A stretch of DNA of 64,000 bases from Candidatus Aquidulcis sp. (lineage in GTDB: Bacteria; Chloroflexota; Limnocylindria; Limnocylindrales; Limnocylindraceae), in assembly GCA_009919005.1 (NCBI GenBank), contig RGCW01000002.1, positions 4,279 to 68,278 on the forward strand, written 5' to 3'. Positions 19,225 to 28,442 of this stretch are shown here, one piece after another. Made by a program: the position numbers and the translations under genes. The stretch's first letter is position 1. Every line of letters begins with the position of its first letter. A model generated the notes under the pieces. It searched no databases and had not been told where the DNA came from. It worked only from the letters and a program-made list of their open reading frames with translations.

Positions 19225-19944
19225 ATGACGGTCGTCGTAACGCCGTACTCCATGACCCCTGCAGATCGGCTCCGGCTCGGTATCCCCGAAGGGATCGACG
19301 CGCTTGTAGAGCTTGCCCTGACGCACCCCTCCCGTCGCCATCAGGGAGGAGCAACAGCTGATAACGAGCGCTTGGAATTTCTCGGAGACGCGATCCTGGG
19401 TGCGGTAGTTGCTGCGCGCCTCTACACGGACGACGAGGCGGCAGCGGAGGGCGATCTGTCTGAACGTCGAGCGGCAGTTGTATCTCGCAGCGCTCTTGCC
19501 GACACGGCCCTCCGGATCGGTCTAGATTCGCTGCTCGTGCTTGGTGAGAGTGAGGCATCTCGAGGCGGGGCGCGGCGCCCATCCGCACTTGCCGCGGCGT
19601 TTGAAGCCTTGGTTGGTGCCATCTTTCTCGGGCACGGGTTTGCAGCGGCCACAGAATTTATTGAGCGGCACCTGAGTACCGAACTTGCAGCACCACGGGC
19701 AGCGCTCGGAAAAGGGATCAAGACGTTGCTTCAAGAGTGGACCCAGGCCCGCAATGGGTCGCTCCCACGCTACGACGTCGTTGCGACCAGTGGCCCTGAG
19801 CACGATCGGACCTATGAGTGCGTCGTTCGGGTGGATGGCAGTGAGGTGGCGCGCGGCTCTGGGCCAAGCCGGCGGGCTGCGGAAGCCGCCGCAGCCGAGG
19901 CGGCAATCGATCTTCTCGGCATCACCTCTGGCGGATCCAGATGA
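19225..19944 (+). CDS. rnc: ribonuclease III
   Basis: ERLEFLGDA signature and a C-terminal dsRBD (SGPEHDRTYECVV...). Confidence 0.9.
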   Translation: MTVVVTPYSMTPADRLRLGIPEGIDALVELALTHPSRRHQGGATADNERLEFLGDAILGAVVAARLYTDDEAAAEGDLSERRAAVVSRSALADTALRIGLDSLLVLGESEASRGGARRPSALAAAFEALVGAIFLGHGFAAATEFIERHLSTELAAPRAALGKGIKTLLQEWTQARNGSLPRYDVVATSGPEHDRTYECVVRVDGSEVARGSGPSRRAAEAAAAEAAIDLLGITSGGSR

Positions 19945-22900
19945 GCAAACTGCGCCTTCGCGAGGTTCGTCTCAGCGGTTTCAAGACCTTTGCCGATAAG
20001 ACTACGATCGCCTTTACCCCTGGTATCACCGCGATCGTAGGACCGAACGGAAGCGGTAAGTCAAATGTGGTTGATGCATTGCGATGGGCCCTTGGTGAGG
20101 CTGGTCGAGGCATTCGGTCAAAACGCGTTGAAGAGGTGATCTTCGCTGGGTCAGAGAAGCGTCGCCCCCTCGGTCTCGCTGAGGTGTCGCTCTCTATCGC
20201 GAACGACGATGGGCTCTTTGATCTTCCGTTTACTGAGATTGAGATCGCTCGTCGTGCCGATCGGGGCGGCGGGCAGGAGTACCTACTCAACCGCGAAAAG
20301 ATTCGTCTCCGCGATCTCAATGAGTTGCTCGACGGGGCCGGACTCGCTGAAAACGGTCTGCTTTTCATTGGTCAAGGAGCGGTTGATCAAGCGCTTAGCC
20401 TGAGAGCTGAAGAGCGACGTGCGCTCGTTGAAGAGTTTGCTGGTACAGCTCGACATGAGCGGCGACGGGCTCGTGCCGAGGCCGAGATGAAAGAGGCGAT
20501 TGAAAATCGTGCACGTGTTGAGGAGATTCTTGGCTCGCTCCGCCCGCAGGAGCGTCGTCTAGCGAGCCTGGCTCGGCAGGAGGCTGGGCGTGAGGAGCTC
20601 CTGACCGAAGCAGTTGAACGCATCGCACGCCTCGGCGCCGCTCGCGGAGCGTGGATCGCATGGCGACGATCCCAAATAAGCGCGCAGCTCTCGACGGTTT
20701 CTGGCGAGCTGGCGTCAATTCGTGCCCATCTTCGAACAGCCGATGAAGAGGCGCATCGTCGTCGAGAGCGCCTCGGTATCGCCCGCGCCGACCTTGACGC
20801 CGCGCGGCGCACACTGGAGGCGGCACGCGAGGCGCGTGAGGTGGCTGAACGATCCTTCGCGCGCGTAGACGCTGAGGCGCACGCTCTGGGACGCGATGTC
20901 GAACGTTTGGCCGCGGAGGTGATCGCCGCGGAAACGGAGATCGCAGCTGTGGAGACGCTGCGAGCTGCGGCACCCCCTGCGGTTGATGCAGAGGCGGTAG
21001 CGGCACTCGAGATCCTTGACGCAGACCTTTCGGGGGCCAGGCGTGAACTTGAGGCCCTAACGGATGGCGCGGTTGGAGCTGCATCGCGTGATTCGGCAGA
21101 GCGAGCCCAACGTTCGAGAGAGGTGGAGCGCGCCGACTTGAGTGCACGACTTGAGCGGCTTCAGGCTGAGCTTGCAGCGGTCACGGCCGACGAGAAACTA
21201 GATGATCTTTCAGCTGCGGAGAATCGTTTCCTGCTGACCAGCACTGCGGTCAATGACGCAGCGGCACGCCTGGCGTCAGCCGTTCGGGACCTTGCGGAGG
21301 CGGAGACTGCGGTAGCCGCGGCCCGCGTCACGGCCGGGGATCATGAGCGAAGTGCACGGAGTGCAGAAGCCGAGGTTGCTTCGCTCGCCGGACGCCTCAG
21401 CGCCCTAGAGGCGCGAAGGGAGGGCACCCTCCAGGGATCTCTCGCCCGAGCGGCGTACGCGATCGGTGGACGCAGTCTGCTCGCGGGGGTCGAGATTCGC
21501 GAAGAGGGGCGTGCCGCAGTTCTTGCCGCACTCGGAGCGCTCGCGCGCGGCTTTGTTGTTGATGCTCGTGGGGCAGCTCTTCTTGATGATGCGCTCGGCG
21601 CTCTATTGGTAGCCAGCGCAACCACGATGTCGTATGGCACCCATCCGACACTTCCGTCGCTAATGAGCGACGTGATCGTTGATCCAGATGGAAACCTCGA
21701 GCGCTTGCTACAGGGTGTGTTTGTGGCGCCAAGCGTTACCGCGGCCCTCGAGGCCCTGTCGGATCTGCCCGCTGGCGCAACTATCGTTACCCGCGCAGGT
21801 GCGGTGATTCGACACGGCGGCGTCGTGATTCGGGAGTCGGAGCCAGACGATGCATTGATTGAAACAGAGATCATGCGTGCCGCTTCCGAACTAGAACGAA
21901 TGCGCGCAACGGCAACAGGGCTACGCTCAGATTCGACCGCCTCTGCGGCAACCTTACGGTCGCTTGATGCGCGGCTCGCCGAGGCACGCGCACAGGAATC
22001 AAGCGCCCGTTCTGCACTGCGAGTCGCGGAAGCCACCGGTGTAGAGGCAGAGCGGCGGCGCGAGATGGCCCGCAGAGGTGCTGCAGAACGCACGGAGCGA
22101 ATGGCGCGGCTTACCTCGTCGATCACAACGGTAAAGTCCCGGCTCAGCGACATCGCCCTGAGCCCAGAACAAAGTGCACAGACTGATGCGGCAACGCAGT
22201 GGCGGGCACGCATCGAGGAGTTCACCCAGCGGCGGGTCGAGCTTGCTTCCGCAGTTGAGGCGGATCGAGCCGCGCTGCGCACCTGGGAACTGGCACGCGC
22301 ACGAGGTGATGCCACGGTCGCCAGTGCCTCGGCTCGGATCGCGCGGGCTGCCGAGGAGCGTGGAGCCCTGGAGATTCGATTCGCACAACTCCAGGCCCAA
22401 CGGAGCGAACAGGCTGGATTGGCGGCTGCAGCTCGCGAGGCGGCAGCACAGCGCGAGGAGCAGGTTCAGTCGAGAGCCGCACTCCAGGTTGAGATTGAGA
22501 GTGAGATCGCTGCGGATGAGGAGTCGAAGCGGGGATTACGCGTTCGCGAGGTGCAACTCGACGATGCGCTTCGGCCGCTTGAGCGTGATGCGCAAGCGGT
22601 CGAGTTTGAGCGTGAACGTTTCACGGAAGAGCTCAGCTCCGACCTTGCCGCGTTCGGTCGACGGCTGAGCGACGATCCACGCCTAGCCCGCGGCATTCCC
22701 GACGGACTGCGCGCCGTGACGTCGAGGGACGGATCGGAATCGAGTACCGATACAGATGCCGTCGCTCGAGAGGGGCTTGCCCGAGAGCAGGCCGCGGCCC
22801 TCGTCCTCTACTGGGAGGGCGAGCATGCGTCCAGCGACGGGGCACTTCCAAGCGCACCCGACCCCGAAGAGGTTCGGGCGCTTGAGCGATTGCGTCGCAA

Positions 22901-23555
22901 GATTGGTCCACTCGAAGCTGGTGGGGCCAGTATCGTGTTGGAGCACCAGGAGCTGCGTGCCAGGCTGGAATCGCTTGAGGTGCAAACACGCGACCTAGAC
23001 GGCGCTATCGAGAAGGCGTCGACGATGATGAGGGAGCTCGACGGATTGGTCGAGACAACGTTTACTGAACAGTTTGCCGCACTGCAAACAACCTTCTCCG
23101 CAAACTTCCAACTGCTGTTTGGCGGCGGTGACGCGCAGTTGCGCCTTGCAGAAGATGGCGATACCCGCCGACCGGGAGTTGAGATTGATGCACGTCCGCC
23201 CCTCAAACGACGGCAGCAACTATCGCTCCTCTCGGGTGGCGAGCGCGCGCTGACAGGGGTTGCCCTACTCCTCGGCATGCTTGCAGTGCGACCACTGCCA
23301 TTCGTCGTCCTCGACGAGGTTGATGCGGCGCTCGACGAAGCGAATGTGACCCGATTCGGCGACGCGATCCGCGACCTAAGTGAGCGAACCCAAGTGGTGG
23401 TGATCACCCACAACCGCGGTACGGTGGAGGTGGCGAACAGCCTCTGGGGGGTGACTGTGGGCGAAGATGCCACCAGTCGAGTCTTTGGGCTCAGACTCGA
23501 TGAGGCGAAGCGCATCGCCGACCAGGCGCGCGCGGAGCGTGAGGCGGCCCGTTGA
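19941..23555 (+). CDS. smc: chromosome segregation protein SMC
   Basis: 1204 aa with Walker A GPNGSGKSN, long coiled coils, a hinge, signature LSGGERAL and Walker B VLDEVDAALD. Confidence 0.95.
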   Translation: MSKLRLREVRLSGFKTFADKTTIAFTPGITAIVGPNGSGKSNVVDALRWALGEAGRGIRSKRVEEVIFAGSEKRRPLGLAEVSLSIANDDGLFDLPFTEIEIARRADRGGGQEYLLNREKIRLRDLNELLDGAGLAENGLLFIGQGAVDQALSLRAEERRALVEEFAGTARHERRRARAEAEMKEAIENRARVEEILGSLRPQERRLASLARQEAGREELLTEAVERIARLGAARGAWIAWRRSQISAQLSTVSGELASIRAHLRTADEEAHRRRERLGIARADLDAARRTLEAAREAREVAERSFARVDAEAHALGRDVERLAAEVIAAETEIAAVETLRAAAPPAVDAEAVAALEILDADLSGARRELEALTDGAVGAASRDSAERAQRSREVERADLSARLERLQAELAAVTADEKLDDLSAAENRFLLTSTAVNDAAARLASAVRDLAEAETAVAAARVTAGDHERSARSAEAEVASLAGRLSALEARREGTLQGSLARAAYAIGGRSLLAGVEIREEGRAAVLAALGALARGFVVDARGAALLDDALGALLVASATTMSYGTHPTLPSLMSDVIVDPDGNLERLLQGVFVAPSVTAALEALSDLPAGATIVTRAGAVIRHGGVVIRESEPDDALIETEIMRAASELERMRATATGLRSDSTASAATLRSLDARLAEARAQESSARSALRVAEATGVEAERRREMARRGAAERTERMARLTSSITTVKSRLSDIALSPEQSAQTDAATQWRARIEEFTQRRVELASAVEADRAALRTWELARARGDATVASASARIARAAEERGALEIRFAQLQAQRSEQAGLAAAAREAAAQREEQVQSRAALQVEIESEIAADEESKRGLRVREVQLDDALRPLERDAQAVEFERERFTEELSSDLAAFGRRLSDDPRLARGIPDGLRAVTSRDGSESSTDTDAVAREGLAREQAAALVLYWEGEHASSDGALPSAPDPEEVRALERLRRKIGPLEAGGASIVLEHQELRARLESLEVQTRDLDGAIEKASTMMRELDGLVETTFTEQFAALQTTFSANFQLLFGGGDAQLRLAEDGDTRRPGVEIDARPPLKRRQQLSLLSGGERALTGVALLLGMLAVRPLPFVVLDEVDAALDEANVTRFGDAIRDLSERTQVVVITHNRGTVEVANSLWGVTVGEDATSRVFGLRLDEAKRIADQARAEREAAR

Positions 23556-24463
23556 AACTCGCCTTTTGGCGAAAGAGTTCATCAGACGATCAGAAACGTG
23601 TAGCAGCGGTCGCCGCACCTGCATCTAATCCCCTCGCGGCTGCACTACGGCGGATCACGGGGGCAACGCCCGATTGGTCGGCGATTGAGGCGTCGCTCCT
23701 TGCAAGTGACGTCGGACTTGAGGCTGCCACGGCGTTAATACAGGCGGCGCGAGGTAGCGGCGATGGTGATGGTCGAAGCCGTGTGCGGGCTGCGGCACTT
23801 GCACTGCTCGGTGAGGAGAAGGCAGCCTCCGATGATGAGGCGGACGTGCTCTTGCTCGTCGGCGTCAATGGTGTTGGCAAGACGACGACGGCGGCCAAAC
23901 TCGCGGTGCGTGCAAAGGGGTCAGGGCTGAAACCACTACTCGTGGCCGCCGATACATTTCGCGCAGCAGCGATTGAGCAGCTGCGAGTGCTTGGAAATCG
24001 CGACGGGATAGATGTCGTGGAGGGTCGACCTGGTGGCGATCCGGCGGCGGCGATCCACGATGCGCTGATGCTCGCAAACGCTCGTGGGTATGCTCCCGTG
24101 ATCATTGACACGGCGGGACGAATGCAAACGCGAGCGGGGTTGATGGACGAACTTGCAAAGATTCGTCGAGTCGTTGCGAAAGTTGCACCAGAGCGTCTGA
24201 CGCACGTGCTCTTGGTACTGGATGGCACTGCAGGTCAGAACGGGATCGCTCAAGCGCGAAGCTTCGATTCCTCGGCCGGGATTGACGGGATCATTCTCAC
24301 GAAACTCGATAGCGGCGCTCGAGGTGGCGTCGCACTTGCTGTACGACGCGAACTAGGGCTCGCGATCAAATGGATTGGGGTGGGGGAGCGCCCGACCGAT
24401 CTCGTGCCTTTTGATGCCGAGGCGTTCGTGGATGGACTACTGGGAGCGCCGGCGATTACCTGA
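23552..24463 (+). CDS. ftsY: signal recognition particle receptor FtsY (NG domain only)
   Basis: GVNGVGKTTT, DTAGR and TKLD motifs; 303 aa. TTGA overlap with smc. Confidence 0.9.
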   Translation: MKLAFWRKSSSDDQKRVAAVAAPASNPLAAALRRITGATPDWSAIEASLLASDVGLEAATALIQAARGSGDGDGRSRVRAAALALLGEEKAASDDEADVLLLVGVNGVGKTTTAAKLAVRAKGSGLKPLLVAADTFRAAAIEQLRVLGNRDGIDVVEGRPGGDPAAAIHDALMLANARGYAPVIIDTAGRMQTRAGLMDELAKIRRVVAKVAPERLTHVLLVLDGTAGQNGIAQARSFDSSAGIDGIILTKLDSGARGGVALAVRRELGLAIKWIGVGERPTDLVPFDAEAFVDGLLGAPAIT

Positions 24464-25774
24464 TGTCGGGATCTCTGACAGCGAGTTGATCCCACCGAGG
24501 CGCGAGAGTCCTACAAAGATCCCCACCGCGATGGAGGCGACACCGCCCACAACAAGCGCCGCGCCACTACCCGCCGCAGAGCTGCCAATTGCGCCACCGA
24601 CAATGATTCCGAGGAGGCGTCCCAGTATGCCAACGCCATCATTGGCGGCGTTGGCCCGCCCCTGGAACGCGCTTGGCAGCACCCTGCCTCGGATGGCGGA
24701 CTGGTTCGCCTCCCAGACGGTTTCGAACCCGTCACTGAGGAGTTGATGACCGATCAGCATGGTGAACCCAAGCAGGGTTGGACCTGGAGCTAGGGGTACA
24801 AGTAGGAGGCCGACCCCGACGATCACGAGGCTGTACGAGATCGCGCGACCGACACCAAGCGCACGTGAGATTCGCTCGGTGAGCGCGCCTCCGAGAAATG
24901 CGGCAATGCCGCCGGTAGCAATGATGCCGCCAATCGCCTCGGGACCAAGTCCAAGTCCGTTCGTCACGTACAGCATGTACGACGAGCGGAAGAGTCCGAA
25001 ATAGAGGCCGATGATGAAGGTTGCGATGAGCATCGGGCGCATCAGCACTACCGACCAGATGGCGGTGAGGCCTGCGAGAAACTCTCCTATGACGTTGGAG
25101 TTAGATTGCGCCGACGGGTTCGCGGGCTCCGCAACCCGGAGGCGAGCGATAAAGATTGCAGATACTAGGTAGGTGGCGGCATCGACGCCGATCGCCGCTG
25201 GGCCTCCAAACGCTCCGACGAGTAGTCCCGCCGCACCGAATCCGAAGAACTCGGCTGCACCACGAATTGCCAGCGTGCGTGCAAGGACAGCCCGCAGTGA
25301 TGGTGAGTTCACAAGTCCCGCCACATAACTTCGCTCAGCGATATCAAAGGTCGTAGTGCACATGCCACTCAACGCGCTGACGGCGATCAGATGCGGGAGG
25401 GTTACTCCGCCAAAAAGCTCCGCGGCGATTGGGATCGATCCGAGCAGGGTGGCGCGAAGGAGGTCTGCGGCGATTAAGACGGGTCGACGTGGGAGTCGAT
25501 CGATCCAGACGCCAGCAAATTGGCTGATCAACGCTCCAGCGATGAGATCTACGGCGGCGAGGGCAGCTGCCTCAGCCGCGTTGATGCCGAGACCAAGGAT
25601 CGCCAGGAGCGGGAGTGCCGCCCGCGTAATGAAAGAGCCAAAGGTGGAGACCGCCTGTGCGCCGATCAGCAGGTTGACGTCTCTGCGGATGCGTGGAGAG
25701 AGTGCGGCGATCCCGCCCTCCTGCCGACGAAGCGATTTCCGTTGAGCCACGGTGCGAGCGTACACTCTGTACAT
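24437..25774 (-). CDS. MFS-type transporter (EntS/MFS_3-like)
   Basis: Hydrophobic multi-TM profile with Gly/Ala-rich helices throughout. The ORF-track 545-aa version is trimmed because its first ~100 aa are R/S/P-rich antisense of ffh. ATG 25774 has GAGGG 8 nt upstream; GTG 25750 is an alternative start. Confidence 0.7.
   Translation of the reverse strand: MYRVYARTVAQRKSLRRQEGGIAALSPRIRRDVNLLIGAQAVSTFGSFITRAALPLLAILGLGINAAEAAALAAVDLIAGALISQFAGVWIDRLPRRPVLIAADLLRATLLGSIPIAAELFGGVTLPHLIAVSALSGMCTTTFDIAERSYVAGLVNSPSLRAVLARTLAIRGAAEFFGFGAAGLLVGAFGGPAAIGVDAATYLVSAIFIARLRVAEPANPSAQSNSNVIGEFLAGLTAIWSVVLMRPMLIATFIIGLYFGLFRSSYMLYVTNGLGLGPEAIGGIIATGGIAAFLGGALTERISRALGVGRAISYSLVIVGVGLLLVPLAPGPTLLGFTMLIGHQLLSDGFETVWEANQSAIRGRVLPSAFQGRANAANDGVGILGRLLGIIVGGAIGSSAAGSGAALVVGGVASIAVGIFVGLSRLGGINSLSEIPTSGNRRRSQ
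25761..25766 (+). promoter_or_regulatory. candidate -10 (TACACT) 6 nt before the ffh ATG (leaderless arrangement)
   Basis: TACACT, then ctgtac, then ATG 25773. No SD upstream. Confidence 0.3.
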
Positions 25775-27047
25775 GTTCGACGCCCTCAGCAGTAGCCTTC
25801 GAGCCTCACTCCGCCGATTGACGGGGAGTGGGCGCATTAGCGCAGCCGACCTCGATGCCGGGCTCGCAGACATTCGAGCGTCACTCCTGGGGGCCGACGT
25901 GGCTGCGCCTGTTGCAGCGCGCCTGCTTGAACAAATCCGCGAGCGAGCCCAGCGAAGTGAGATCGTTGGTGGGCTCGGGGCTGGGGAGCGAATGCTCGGC
26001 ATCCTGCACGACGTGCTGACCGAGGTCCTGGGGGGTTCAGGTCGAGAACTTGACCTTCGCGAACGTCCGGCCACGATCCTGCTGTTTGGTCTTCAGGGAG
26101 CTGGCAAGACCACGACGGCGGCGAAGCTCGCCCTTCGGTTGATGAAGGAGGGCCGACGCCCGATGCTAGTCGCTGCGGATCCCCGTCGCCCCGCGGCCGC
26201 CGAACAACTGGGAATCCTCGCCGCTGGCATTAAGGTGCCGATGCACCGCGAACCCGTTGGCACACCAGTCTCAGAGATTGGCACGCGAGCGATCGCCGCA
26301 GCACGTCGCCTCGGGCTTGATGTGGTCATCATCGACAGTGCTGGTCGTACGGCACTTGATGACGAACTCCTGGAAGAGTTGCGCGAACTGCGGAGGGTGA
26401 CGAAACCGCGAGAGAGACTCCTTGTTGTGGACGCGGCAGTCGGCCAGACGGCACTGGCGATCGCGCAGGGATTCTCGGGTGCTGCTGAACCAACCGGACT
26501 CATCCTCTCAAAGCTCGATGGCGACGCTCGTGGTGGTGCAGCAATCTCGATCGCCGGCGGTGCGGGAATTCCGGTCGTCTATGTGGGTACGGGCGAGCGC
26601 TCTGAGGCGCTCGAGAGATTTCATCCCGATCGCATCGCGAATCGGATCCTCGGGATGGGCGACCTCGCAACGCTGGCAGAGCGCGTCCGTGAAGCAGAGA
26701 TCGGTCCAGGTGCTGACCCAAGTGCCGAAGCGCGCACCAAGGCGGCAGAGGCGCGAGCCCTCCGCGGCGGCATGACCTTCGATGACCTCTTGAGTCAACT
26801 ACGCCAGATGTCGTCACTCGGCCCCATCGGACAGGTCGTCAAGATGATCCCGGGGATGGGTGGCATGGCCGAGCAGGCTGAAGCCGCCGTAGCCAGCGGA
26901 GAGCTGAAACGCACCGAGGCGATGATCCTTTCGATGACACCCGAGACGGATCCCAGCCAAGGCCGCGAAGCGGGAAAAGCGGGCGAAAAAAGGTCGAAAG
27001 CGCCGGTAGCCGAGGGGGGAGATGCGCCCGAGCCGCTGAGCGGCTAG
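25773..27047 (+). CDS. ffh: signal recognition particle protein Ffh (atypical C-terminus)
   Basis: MFDALSSSL start. NG domain with GLQGAGKTTT, DSAGR and SKLDGDARGG. M-domain start MIPGMGG...AMILSMTPE. The conserved SRxxRIAxGSG segment is not found after this point (see findings). Confidence 0.85.
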   Translation: MFDALSSSLRASLRRLTGSGRISAADLDAGLADIRASLLGADVAAPVAARLLEQIRERAQRSEIVGGLGAGERMLGILHDVLTEVLGGSGRELDLRERPATILLFGLQGAGKTTTAAKLALRLMKEGRRPMLVAADPRRPAAAEQLGILAAGIKVPMHREPVGTPVSEIGTRAIAAARRLGLDVVIIDSAGRTALDDELLEELRELRRVTKPRERLLVVDAAVGQTALAIAQGFSGAAEPTGLILSKLDGDARGGAAISIAGGAGIPVVYVGTGERSEALERFHPDRIANRILGMGDLATLAERVREAEIGPGADPSAEARTKAAEARALRGGMTFDDLLSQLRQMSSLGPIGQVVKMIPGMGGMAEQAEAAVASGELKRTEAMILSMTPETDPSQGREAGKAGEKRSKAPVAEGGDAPEPLSG

Positions 27048-27063
27048 GATTCAACGACTGACC

Positions 27064-27080
27064 CCCTGGCAACGCCAGGG
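27064..27080 (+). other. GC hairpin after ffh
   Basis: CCCTGGC-AAC-GCCAGGG, a 7-bp stem. A second imperfect GAAA-loop hairpin (GCCGCGCC GAAA GGGGCGGC) follows. No T-tract. Confidence 0.45.
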
Positions 27081-27127
27081 CCACCAGCCGCGCCGAAAGG
27101 GGCGGCACCTCGGAGGATGCATCAGGG

Positions 27128-27577
27128 ATGAGTGTTCGGATCCGTTTGACGCGCGTCGGCGCTACACGTCAGCCATCGTATCGAGTAGTTGCCACAGATC
27201 GACGTTCTCCTCGCGATGGGCGTTCACTAGAGATCCTTGGTCACTACAACCCGCGAACGGAGCCGATGACACTCGTCTTGGATCTGACCAAAGTAGATGC
27301 ATGGATTGCGAAGGGTGCACAACCGTCAGAAGTTGTAAGCAAGTTGATTACCAAGGCGCGATCTGGCGGTACTGCTGCGGGCGGCAAGACGCTGGCGAAG
27401 GCGGCACTGCCTGGCTACACGAAGCCGGGCACTCGACCAGTCGCTGACGAGCCAACGGTGGTCGTAGAGGCGGCCCCTGACGCTGCGGCTGATTCCGCCG
27501 AGTCAGCAGATGCGCCCGTTGCTGAGTCGACACCAGAGGCAGTGGGAGAGGCGGCACCTGCCGCCGAGGAGGCATAA
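27128..27577 (+). CDS. rpsP: 30S ribosomal protein S16 with acidic Ala-rich C-terminal extension
   Basis: MSVRIRLTRVGATRQPSYRVV N-terminus. 149 aa versus ~85 aa for the core protein. GGAGG RBS upstream. Confidence 0.9.
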   Translation: MSVRIRLTRVGATRQPSYRVVATDRRSPRDGRSLEILGHYNPRTEPMTLVLDLTKVDAWIAKGAQPSEVVSKLITKARSGGTAAGGKTLAKAALPGYTKPGTRPVADEPTVVVEAAPDAAADSAESADAPVAESTPEAVGEAAPAAEEA

Positions 27578-27811
27578 GTGGCAGCAGCCCAGCTTGTAGA
27601 GTTCGTTGCAAAATCGCTTGCCGACAATCCCGACGGCGTTAGCGTCGAAGTTGAGGAGGACGGGGACTCCATCGTCCTGCGACTCTTGGTCGACGAAGAG
27701 GATATGGGCCGCGTGATCGGACGAAACGGCAGCATTGCGAAAGCGATGCGCAGCCTGCTGAGGGTTGTTTCCAATCGCACTGGAGAGAACTACGTCCTCG
27801 AAATTGGCTGA
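27578..27811 (+). CDS. KH-domain RNA-binding protein (YlqC/UPF0109)
   Basis: 77 aa with the GRVIGRNGSIAKAMR KH motif. Sits in the conserved slot between rpsP and rimM. Confidence 0.85.
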   Translation: MAAAQLVEFVAKSLADNPDGVSVEVEEDGDSIVLRLLVDEEDMGRVIGRNGSIAKAMRSLLRVVSNRTGENYVLEIG

Positions 27812-28442
27812 TGCTCCGAGGTATCTGCGCGTCGCGCAGGTACGCGGTGTTCGCGGTCTCGATGGATCCATACGACTTGAGGTGCTGACCGATCATCCTG
27901 ACCAACGGTTCGCCCCAGGATCGCAACTTGTCTTCGAGTCGACGAGTCGATCCCTCACCATCGCCGAGGTGACACCGGCCTCACCCGGGCTCTTTGTCAG
28001 ATTTATCGAAGTGGGGAGTCGCCTCGCTGCGGAGCGCCTCGTTGGTGGCTATCTCACAGTTCCTGCCGATCGTTCAGCCAGCCCAAACGATCGGGTGTTG
28101 TGGGATGAGGTCATCGGGATCATGGTCCGCGATCCGCATGGGCGACCGATCGGTGAAATTCGAGACCTCTATCGAGCAGGTGGCGCTGAGGTTTACATTT
28201 TGTCAACACCGAGTGGAGGTGAGTTGGATCTTCCTGCGGTCTCCTCCGTCATCACCGAATTTGCTCCGCGCGAAGGTCGCATCATTGCGGATCTCACGGG
28301 ATCTGAACTCTCCGAACGTCTCCCCGCAAAGGTTAAACGTCGCGGGCCAACGAAACGATCTGCTGGTGAGCGGCCTGCACAGGTTGCGCCGAAGAGTCGA
28401 TCAGGCCGTCACAGCCAGCCTGGAGACCGTCGCGGTGAGTGA
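27804..28442 (+). CDS. rimM: 16S rRNA processing protein RimM
   Basis: LRVAQVRGVRGLDGSIRLEVLTDHP N-terminal barrel, a PRC-barrel half, and a basic tail. Start TTG 27804 is inferred and uncertain. Confidence 0.8.
   Translation: MADAPRYLRVAQVRGVRGLDGSIRLEVLTDHPDQRFAPGSQLVFESTSRSLTIAEVTPASPGLFVRFIEVGSRLAAERLVGGYLTVPADRSASPNDRVLWDEVIGIMVRDPHGRPIGEIRDLYRAGGAEVYILSTPSGGELDLPAVSSVITEFAPREGRIIADLTGSELSERLPAKVKRRGPTKRSAGERPAQVAPKSRSGRHSQPGDRRGE

Noticed and set aside
25775-26074. First ~100 aa of the 545-aa minus-strand ORF (the MFS gene)
   Set aside because: It is R/S/P-rich, non-hydrophobic sequence antisense to the conserved ffh N domain. The transporter-like sequence starts near 25774/25750.
26981-26990. 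The A6 run (gaaaaaag) in the ffh tail as a simple frameshift explaining the odd C-terminus
   Set aside because: Shifting frame in either direction at this run does not recover the SRxxRIAxGSG motif, and both alternative frames stop within ~25-75 nt. A single indel therefore cannot explain the anomaly.
27994-28434. N-terminal 147-aa extension of the trmD ORF as given in the ORF track
   Set aside because: It overlaps rimM in another frame. TrmD homology begins at IDVVSLFPE, a few residues after GTG 28435.
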